NCBI GenBank assembly: GCA_958009085.1
Contig: OY253675.1
Location: 496,001 to 560,000 of the forward strand
Direction: 5' to 3'
Length of the DNA stretch: 64,000 bases
Source: Protoeuglena noctilucae
Lineage: Eukaryota
The notes beneath the pieces are model-generated. The model was not told where the DNA came from and searched no databases. It saw only the letters and a list, made by a program, of their open reading frames with translations. Both the position numbers and the translations under genes were made by a program. Below are positions 12,417 to 21,756 of this stretch, piece by piece (the first letter of the stretch is position 1; every line of letters begins with the position of its first letter).

Positions 12417-15400
12417 ATGCCCGCCTTGAACCCTGCATCGCAACCTGCGCTGCAGCTCACCATGCTCGAATGCGACGCGTGTGGAACGCAATTCGATACC
12501 CCGGCCAAGCTCGCCCGGCATCAGCAAAGATGCCCTGCGCTGTGGGGCTGGAGATATGGCGAGGAGAGCCGCCAGGAAGCACCCCGCCCCGCCGCCCCAC
12601 ACGAACACTATGTCTCTCCGTCTCTGCGAGGCTCGGACGGGCTGGCACGCGACAGCGCCAGCGCGGGACCAGACCAAGAACTGCGGGAGGAAGACGGGAC
12701 GGCGGACGTTGCTGCGGGCAGTGATGGCGAGAGCGAAGATGTAGGACTCGCGTGGCTCCACTACGCCGACACGGACGTGGACATGGACGTGGACATTGAC
12801 TCGGAGAGGGGTGAACCGCCCGAGAGCGCCGGAGCGCATGATGCGCCCCAAGAGGACGCTCCTGGAGTCTCCTACCTTCCTGCGCCCGGGGAGTACGAAC
12901 CGCTGAAGCTGCCGGAGGACCTGGAGGCATGGCGGGCCAGGAGCAGGGACAGTGACGATGAGTACCTGAGCCAACTTGAAGCAGGGGCGCAGTTCATGGC
13001 ATCGCTGACGGCAGCGCATTTCGATTGCTTCGTGAAGCTGCGCCCCGACATCCGCGACGACCTTCTCGACCTCGGGCGCTCCCACCGCACGTTCCACACC
13101 TCACTCAACAGCATCCATGGCCAGTACGAGGTGCGTCACGCCGCGGTGCCGCTTGTGTCGAGGGCCTCGGACGCGGCCGAGGGGGCTGACGCCAACCAGT
13201 GCACGCACGGCCTGCAGGTTTTGCAAGAGGAGGGCAGCACAACCATCATCTACCAAACGATAACGGTGCTGAGGGACATGCTGGTGCACGCGGAGCAGAT
13301 CAAGCCCAAGACGCTCGTTAAGTTGATGCGAGACTTCAGCGAGGCACGGGAACGGTCACGCCAGGCGCGGGCGAGACCACATGAGACGCATCCCAGCATC
13401 CACGAGAAGCTCACCTTCTCCCGGGCGAAGGGGTATAGCGACATAGCCGAGGCTGTCGCTGGCAAAGTCCGCCCCGAGCTGCACGCCCGGCTGCTCCTCG
13501 TGCCCGTCGCGTACAGCATCGACGGGGTGGAGATGACCAAGGGCGCATCGACGACGCCCATCCACATGCACCTCCTGTCGCCTTGCAAGGCCGTGAGGAC
13601 AGGGACGCCGCGAACCGTGGCCACCGTCGAGTCCATGAAGGCGAGAGGAGGATTGCCGGCGTTGCAGCCCACACGTCCACCACCACGCCGCGTGTATGAG
13701 TTGTCGCTCGAGGCCCCCGCAGGTGTCCGGGATCACTCCGGGGTCACAGGCAGACCTGAACAACAGAGAGGCCATCCAGCGGCGGCTGGCTGCCGTGGAC
13801 CGGCAGCTGATTGGCGTGGCGAGGTCCGGTGGGGTGTGGATGACCCTCCCCGACGTCGGGAGAGTCATCGTCTTTCCCGTCTTGGCGGCGCAGCTGAACG
13901 ACATGATGGCCAACTCGTCCACGCTGGCCGTCAGGTCGTGCCCGCTGTGCCTCCAGGATGACTGCCGCACGCCTCGCACCGTCGCGCTGCATCGCCTCCA
14001 GGTGCAGCACATCCTGCGCTTGAGGAGGGACGTGGGGACGGCCAGGGCCAACGAACAAGCCAGGGAGAGCAAAATTCATCCTGTGGTTCCTGCCCTGTCG
14101 TACTGGGACGAGTTCGGGTCGGACTTGTATCAGGGCCAAGCACCTGACCCCATGCACACCGTGGAACTGGGAATGTTGGGCAAGACTGTTCCCTTCTGCA
14201 TACTGACCGTCCTCTACAACAACGCGGCAGCGGGAGAGTCTGCGACAAAGGCAAACGCCCTCTTGGCTGCGTTCGCATCGATCATTGCGGATGCCAAGGT
14301 GAGCTGCAGGTCAGGCAATGGCGTGCGTTGCCTGCAGTGGCGCCGCAGCTGCTCGGTATTCACCTGGCATGTCCATCGTCGTGTGGGTGGAGCGCAGGCC
14401 CCGGCATGGATCCACGCCCGTCCGTGGGGCGAGACCTTCCAGATCGTGCTGAGCCTCGTGGACCCGTTTGGGAAGATAAAGGCGTACGAGGCGAGGTTCT
14501 TGATCCAAGCTCTGCCTTTCGCCCTCGTCGAGCTCTTCTCTCGAGGCGAGGCCGACAGTCAGCGCTGCGAGGGCATCGGGAGGAGCTGCGGGTATCGCGA
14601 TGCGGGCCGGGGAACCCCGGGAGTGTTTCCCCACCACCACATCCCTTGCAGAGCCTACGGGCAGCAAAGACGTGCACGACGAGAGGGTTGGGCTCGTGGC
14701 CGTAGCCCTGGCATGCCTTCAGCTCTATGCCGAATGGTCCCTGGAGAGCGCCACCATCGCAGGGGCGCAGGCGGCGGACGCGCAGCTGAATAAGGTCCTC
14801 CACGTGAGGCCTTCTCCAACACCAGCCCCATCGTTCGCTGCCCCTTACTCACTCTGGAAGCCTTGTCGCTGCCGTGTCGCCGCAGGTCGTGCTCAAGACG
14901 CTGCTGCGTGGCCACGAAATCGTCCGCACGGAGAAGCCCCTCTTCAGCAAGATCGAGAACAGCCAGAAGTGCCACGCGCTTTCGCATTTCCCTGCAGTGG
15001 TGGCGAGGAACGGCTCCATCATGTTGGGCAGCATGAACGACGCCGAGCGCATGCACAAGCCCATTGCCAACGCGCGCACGAACGGCAAGGGCGACGTGCA
15101 GGTACAGGCAAGAAGCGCCGCCCAGCGTAGGCGACGCGGGGAAGCCCACGCAGGACGCGTTTCTTGCGACTCACACGTCTCGATGCGGTCGCACGGCGCT
15201 CGACCCGCGTGCCATGCTGAGCCGCGCTGGACTGACCCCCGAGCCCTGTCGCAGGCGAGCACCAGCGTCATCTCTCAGAGGGCGGCCTCCGTCATCAAGA
15301 GCCGGGCGAGGGCGGAGCAGCCGGTCCCGTCCCAGCCCGAGGACCAAGTGAAGGGCGTGAAGACCGTCCTGAAGAAGAACGACCTGTGCAGCGAGGGACG

Positions 15401-15920
15401 CGCGGAAGACTTCGTTTCTAAGGCGGACCTCCTGAACGCCCTCAAGGGCGCGGGGCTTCCCTGCCACGTCTTGGGCGAGGTCGCGCTGACCTCCACGGTC
15501 GAGATCGGGACGGCCAGCGGGGACCGGGCCAGGATCGTCGCCACCGACGAGACCCTGTCCTTCGTCGAGTACCTCCCGGACAGGGGCACGCTGCAGACGG
15601 GCAGGGTCGTGTGCGGGGTTGAGGCGAAGACCAGCTCCGGTGCCGGGACCTTCCTCTGCGCCCTGGTGGCCCCGGTGCACAGGGCCCCATGCGACCTGAG
15701 GTACCTGTCCAACCAGTGCTTGTCGTTCTACACCAACCTGGGAGCGCTGCAGCCTCCCCAGCTGTCGCTCCTGGAGCCTGCGGAGGGCGAGGCTCTGAAG
15801 TGCGTGCCCCTCCGCAACCTTCGGCGGCAGCTTCACGCCGTGAAAGTTGCTGGGAAGCTTCTTCACTGCGGCCACGTGCAGCAGGTCTGGGAGCACCACG
15901 CCAGCGGCGGCGAGGAGTAG
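12417..15920 (+). CDS. Plavaka-type DDE transposase with N-terminal C2HC zinc finger (~964 aa, 7 exons)
   Basis: Proposed introns 13131-13217, 13641-13722 (GC), 14299-14397, 14546-14651 (GC), 14804-14885 and 15102-15254 give a stop-free 2895-nt frame. Motifs: CDAC..LARHQQRC, YSIDG..TPIHMHLLSPCKAVR, LPDVGRVIVFPVLAAQLND..CPLC, PDPMHTVELG, KCHALSHF..RNG..AERMHK. Confidence 0.8.
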
Positions 15921-16463
15921 GTGACCCCAGGAGCTCCCCGATGCTCGCGGTGCCAGGTCCCCGACGCCGGCGATGTCATCTGTATCGAGATAATTCTCCG
16001 AAGCCAGCCCCGCGCCCCCATCCGCAGCGCCATGACGGCGGGGACGGCTCACCTCCCATGCAGCAGCCACCTCCGTGCGGCGTAGCCGGCAAAGGCGCCG
16101 CAGCTAGCGAGATTTAGGTCACCTCAATCCATAGGCCAAGCGCTGCGTGCCCGATCGCGGCCGCGGCGGCGGTAGGCCTGGTCGAGCACGGGGACCTCCC
16201 CGGCGCCCCCGGGGGCCCGGCGAGCCCGCGAGCTCCCGCTCATCGCATAGATATGGACATCTCACGTTGAACAGCGGCGGCGCAGGGGAAGCGGACCCCG
16301 GATGCGTCGACGGCCCCCGTCTGCATGCTGGAGCAAGCTTTAGGACGCGAGAGGGGCCTCCGAGGCAGTCATTAGCACCAACTAGCAAATGTGCGGTCTC
16401 TCCGCCTCCTCTCGAGCCCCCTGAGCAAACGCGGGGGCGCGCACGCGCGTCAGGGCCGCGGCC

Positions 16464-16581
16464 CGGGATCGCTGGGATCACTGCGGCAGTGGCGGGGATC
16501 GCCGGGATCACGGGGATGATCCCGGCGATTCCCGGGGATCACTGGGATAAATCCAGTGATTCCCGCGATCCTTCTGATCCG
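16464..16581. repeat. Right subterminal repeat array (9-bp unit GGGATCRCN, direct then inverted)
   Basis: gggatcgct gggatcact ... gggatcgcc gggatcacg gggatgatc ... agtgattccc. Confidence 0.85.
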
Positions 16582-16809
16582 AGTGACGTCAAATCGCCGG
16601 GTTTTCCCGATGACCCTTTGCTTTCAGGTATGCCCTCGTCACTGGCGTGATGGAAATATGCCGGCAAACCGTCTTCAGCCCATGCCGCTGCGTTGCTCGC
16701 TCACTGTTCCGGGGGTGCAGCTGGTGAGCGCGACGTAGCATCCCTCTGAGGGCTTAATCGGGGCAGGGATGCCGTCCCTGCCCGCGAGGGTGCTCGGGGA
16801 GCCGGCACA

Positions 16810-17902
16810 ATGAAGGGGGACGGAGGGAAGGGCGGCCCGAGCGATGCGGGGGTGAAGGACCTCCTCGCCCTGCGCAGCTACGTGCTGAGCGTCACTTCGC
16901 TCGGTGGGTTCGCTTGTTGAAGCGCCCTTCGTCTTTTCCCCGCTCCTCCTGTGCCTCCCATGCAGCCAATCGTCATCTCTGCCTCGCAGGGGACCGCGTC
17001 GATGCGCTGCGTGGCTTGCTGCTGACCCTCTGCGAGCGCATGAGCAGCCAAGTTGACGCGCAGGACGGACGCCGTCGTGTGAGGCTCCCGAGAGCCATGG
17101 CCGTCGCCGTGTGCTGTGCATCCCGAGACACTCTGGACCAAGGTACGCACGCGCACGTCGAGTCGCCGTGACTGCGCATCGAAGCTCGGCTGCAGCGATG
17201 TTTGCAACCGTCACACCCGGCGCAGTAGCGGAGGCGCTCGCCGGCCTGCCGCGCACCGCGCTGTGCGTGCTCCACGGCGACTTGGGCGTCGAGCGCGTCC
17301 GTGGTGCCGCCGAGGAGTTCCGGGAGTGGGAGACGACCTCAGCGCGGGTCACGGCGGAGGCGGCCGGGGACATCGATGTGCATGTCATGACTCGCGAGGA
17401 CATCCGGGAGCACAACGAACGGTTGCGACAGGCCTGGCTGTCCCGGCCCTTACTGCACGCGGTCGCGGCATCGGATGTGTGCCTGTCCGCTTGGCCCGGG
17501 TCCCTTGGCGTGAACCTCTTGCTCCACTTCGACCTCCCTGCCAAGCGGGACGTCCTGCGGAAGCGAGAGGCGGCCATGCTGTCTGTGGACCCCGCTGCCG
17601 TGGAGGTGAGGCGGCAGCCCGAGGACTATGCGAAGTGCCAGGGCACATGTAGGCACTTCACTTGGTGATATGCGTGGGCTCGTACTACTGTGAATGGTCC
17701 AACCTCGTGCATCCGGCGCTACTTACCGCGCCGAAACGCGGCGTGGACGCAGGTGCGCGCCATGCTGGAGGACGAGGGTGAGCGTGCGGCACGTGTCGAG
17801 GTGCTGATGGCGACTCCGGAGGAAGAGGGGCTCGTGGGGCAAGTCACGCGCGGGAAGATCGTGGAGCCGCTGCCCATCGACGTGCAGGAAATGTTCTCTT
17901 GA
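16810..17902 (+). CDS. Degenerate DEAD-box/eIF4A-like protein consisting of the helicase C-terminal domain only
   Basis: RHLCLAGDR, VAVCCASRDTLDQ, LCVLHGDL, LLLHFDLPAKRDVLRKR and C-terminal IVEPLPIDVQEMF resemble RecA domain 2 of eIF4A-like helicases. No Walker A or DEAD motif. Confidence 0.65.
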
Positions 17903-18063
17903 ACGGGTCTTCAGTCTTGCAAAGCCTCGGCGAGCCACATGCAGCGCGTGGCACATGCAACCAAGGCTGACGAGGGCTGGAGAGGGGGCCCGTGCATCGA
18001 CAGCCATGCAACTCGTCCTCTTCATAAACCCAACTGCCTTCTAAGCATCCCTTTTGCGCCGCC

Positions 18064-19237
18064 TCACACCCTCAACGGCGCACCCTCCTCAATGGGCCCC
18101 ACCAGATCGTACTTCTCCGCGAACCTGGCCTCCCAATCCGCCAGTCCGTCCAGCTGAATGCGACTGAGCCCGTCCAAGTCGTCTGTGCAATCGTCCATCT
18201 CCTCGCTGAACTTAGCCAAGGCCCTCCCCACACGGCGCCCGGCAAACCGCGCGTACGGACCCCCTGGGCCGTAGAACCGCCTGCCCGCGCTCGCGTCGAA
18301 CACTGCGGGGCACGCATGTGTGACAGGCGGAGTGTCAGCTGGGACGCATCTCCCCACGCTGCTCCATGGCTTGTAAGAAAGCGGCGGGTTGGCAGGCGGC
18401 ACGCACCCCGTCCCCTGATGCACACCCAGACGGGGCGGTCGTCCTCGCCGTTCATCTCCCGCAGCTGCTGCACCGTCACGGTACGCGGCTCCACCACCGC
18501 GCCCACCACCTCGAAACCCGACTCGACCAGAGCGGTCCGCCACGCCTCGAGGCGAGCGCGGGCCTCCTCGCCCAGTCCCTCGCCCGCCTCCCGGTCGATG
18601 TCCTCCGCGCGCACAGCCGTCGCGTCGACGCCGTCGGCGTTGGACGGGTCTCCTCTCCGGCGCAGGACGTCGGGAAGCGCCGCCTTGACGGAGCAAAGGG
18701 CGAGCGAGCACTCATGTCCGGCGAGGTTGGACAGCGGGCCGAGCGGGGAGAAGAGCGCGCACTCGGTGACGTCGTACACCACTTTCTGCGCGAGCATCAG
18801 GAGGATCGAGCGCGGTTGCGGTGCGTGATCGGGCCGCACTGTGTTATGAGCACCGCTTGGCTCATGGATGCCGCTCTGACCTTGATGGCGATAAGCGTGG
18901 ACCAGGAAGGATCCAGACCGTTGTGTTTGGCCAGGCGGTGGGCGGTGATGTCGCCGAGGACCTGCAGAATCGAGCATCCGTAAGCGCGCAATGCGTCGAC
19001 GAGGATTGGGCGTAGAGGGCGGGTCAGGCACAGACAGGGTCGAGCCAGCACTGCAATCAACACGATGAAACACTTGGAACGCACCTTGGGCTTGTATCGG
19101 GTGGGCGCGGGTGGCACGAGCAGGAGGACCAGAAGCCGGAGTGCCGCCCACCCGAGCAAGGCAATGGCCGCCCCAGACAATGCCCTGCGTCCAATGAAGC
19201 GTCCCGATGCTCGGCGATAGCACACAGCGGGAATCAT
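18064..19237 (-). CDS. Membrane-anchored cytochrome b5-like heme/steroid-binding protein (MAPR type) with two b5-like domains
   Basis: N-terminal TM (AIALLGWAALRLLVLLLV). Domain 1: LAKHNGLD..KVVYDVT..LAGHECSLAL. Domain 2: LREMNGEDDRPVWVCIRG..VFDASAGRRFYGPGGPYARFAGR..DWEARFAEKYDLVG. Confidence 0.85.
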
Positions 19238-19823
19238 CAAGCAAGAGCCCGCGATCTCCAAAGATGAGCGGCTCGCGCGCGCGCTGTTCCTGGGGAGATC
19301 GCGAGCTGCGCGCGACTTCCAGCCCTATCTCACCACAGGAGAATCGACTGCATCATGATGAGACCATCCAGATGCAGACCAGCCCCGCGGGAGCGTTTGT
19401 TATTTCCACGCGAACCCAGCGCGAGTCGTGGCCCCACAACAGCGAGGCGGGTCGACTGAAAGCCTTATCCCGTCAAGCACGTGCACACGTCGATGGCAGC
19501 AAGATGAGAACCCCGGGCCGTGATTGTCCTTCCGCTCTGCGCCAGTGTGCTCTGACGGCGTTTCCTGGTTCTGACGAAAAGAGCGGCGGCTCCATTTGGC
19601 CTTACGGGCATCGCTGCGACACCGCATTGCACGATAGAACCAGTTGCCGCATTGAGGCTGGTGGCCGTGCATCGCTGCTTGCGGGGCTTGCTGCCGACCC
19701 ATTGTCATGCCCACGTTCGCGACGCGTGGGTTCTCGGTCCACCGCTTGCATCCCAAGTTGCAAGGACTGCCGACAAGGCATCGGAGGCCGCCCGTCGTGT
19801 TGCCCAGAGGCGCGTCCAGGTCC

Positions 19824-21603
19824 ATGGACCCTGCAGGCGCTCTTCCGCCGGATGCCGCAGCGCCGGACGCCGAGGCGGGGACGGGATCGCCATCGCGACG
19901 GCCTGAGAGACACACAGCGGTCGTGATGGTGAATTCGGATCACCATTCCGTGAACCAGGTCTCGGACGCGCTGGCCCACGAACTGGCCGCCCAAGAACTT
20001 GGTGAGCCGCGCACGGAACGGGCGCCGGCGTCACGTGTGCTCCGCAATGTCGCACGATGCGTTCGCTGCGATATCAAACCGCCCCCTTGGCCCTTCACCT
20101 GCCGCAGCCCAGTGGCCCGAACCAGCTGCGCTGCGGCGTCCAGGTGTGCCCATGTCCCACAAGGCCTATACCCTCCCCACGTTCGTCGCGGAGAAGTACT
20201 TCAGTCATTTGCGGTGAGCAGCACGAGCTACAGTGCTTTGCAGATTAGATGGCACTCAAGCTTTGCTAGGGGTTCAGGGGCAGCTATTTAAAGAGCCTTT
20301 CAAGCACTTTCTTCCCGCTTGCAGGACGCACGACGTGGGCCGTGTCCTGGTCTGCGTGTCGCGGTGCGCGTCCACGCAGACGCTCGTCTCCCGGTCCCAG
20401 AGGGGTCTGCCCCACGGGACGGTGTGCGTGGCGGACGCACAGTTTGGTGGTAGGGGTCGCGGCAGCAACACATGGGTCAGCCCGGACGGCTGCCTCGCAT
20501 TCTCTGGGTTCCTCCGGTAAGCGGTGACCTCTCAGGGTGGGAGGGGGACGAGTTGGTAGCAGCTCGCACTTCTGGCATAACATGGGCAGTTCGTACTCGT
20601 GACTCCCACCCCCACCTCCTCCTCCACCCCGCTTGCAGCCTCGAGACCGACGGCATCTCTGTCTCCCTCATCCAGCACCTCGCATGCCTGGCTGTGGTCG
20701 AGGCTGTCGACGCCCTGGCATCCACGCGCCTCGGCACCCCCACCGACTCCGGCCTCCGCATCAAATGGCCCAACGACGTGTACCACGGGGCGCAGAAGCT
20801 GGGCGGCGTCCTCTGCGAGTCGTCGCTGAGGGCCACGGGGGAGTTCACGCTCGTTTTCGGGGTCGGCCTCAACGTGACAAACGCCCAGCCCTCCACCTGC
20901 GTGAGGGACGTCATCCGCGGCTTGCCCGGCGCCCCGGCCGACGCTTCGGGTGACTGCTGGCGCGCAACGCCGCAGCTGGGGACTGCTACCACATCAATGC
21001 GACCACAGCACTGCTACCATAGCACATGGCGAGACCGCAACCAAGGGCTCAACGATCGCCACCCCGTTTGCTCACCGTCTGTGACCCCGTCGAACTCACC
21101 TCGCAGTCACTGCCTCAGCACACGCAATGCCCACATGCCGCTCTGAGCCTTACCGTTCCCTCGCAGTGACTCGGGAGGAGGTGTTGGCTGAGGTGTTGAG
21201 CCGAATGGAGGACATGGTGGACGAGCTGCTGACGGCGGGGTTTGGGGGACTGCGAGAGCGGTATCTGGCCAAGTGGCGCCACTCCGGGGAGCGTGTGCAG
21301 ATCGAGCGGGGGGAGGGAGGGGCGCGGGAGGCGGCGACAGTCACGGAGATCAACGAGCAGGGGTACATGGTGAGAGGCTGAGACAGGGGAGTGTCATTAG
21401 ATGCAATGCATAGTTGCTAGGTGCTGGGTTGCATGATGATGGCTGTCCTGTCCTGATACTGCTCTGCATCTCCATAAGTAACCACTTCTGCCTTGTGTCG
21501 CAGATGGCCGTGACGGAGGGGGGCGAGACGGTGGTGTTGAGCCCCGACATGACGAGGATGGACCCGCTGCAGGGCGTCATTCGGGTTATGCCCCACTCCC
21601 TGA
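19824..21603 (+). CDS. Biotin--protein ligase (holocarboxylase synthetase)
   Basis: Motifs STQ, GTVCVADAQFGGRGRGSNTWVSPDGCLAFS, IKWPNDVY, KLGGVLCE, GVGLNV, YLAKWRHSGERV. Confidence 0.93.
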
Positions 21604-21756
21604 CATGACCCGGTGTTGTTGTTATCTCTCCACCTCGCGGCGCTCCTTTCCCAGAGTCGTGTAGCTCGTGCAATCCGCACCGACGCACTCAGATCCAGCG
21701 CCACCCTGCAGTGGCTGCCATTTGGCGCAACGTGATTGCAATGGCACGACGGTGAT

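Larger units (their letters stand above)
11040..16612 (+). mobile_element. Autonomous cut-and-paste DNA transposon with Plavaka-type (CMC/EnSpm-like) transposase
   Basis: 13-bp perfect TIR CATCGGGAAAACC...GGTTTTCCCGATG, extending imperfectly to ~35 bp. 2-bp TSD AC (11038-39 and 16613-14). GATC-rich subterminal repeats, an internal transposase, and a second copy at 21757-24321. Confidence 0.93.

Noticed and set aside
16119..16650. ORFs with GIAGIT/MIPAIP peptide repeats (also 21622-22249)
   Set aside because: Translation artefact of the 9-bp DNA repeats at the element ends.
16613..21756. Three genes as transposon cargo
   Set aside because: Each flanking element has its own TSD and the genes look like ordinary host genes, so they were not evidently carried in.
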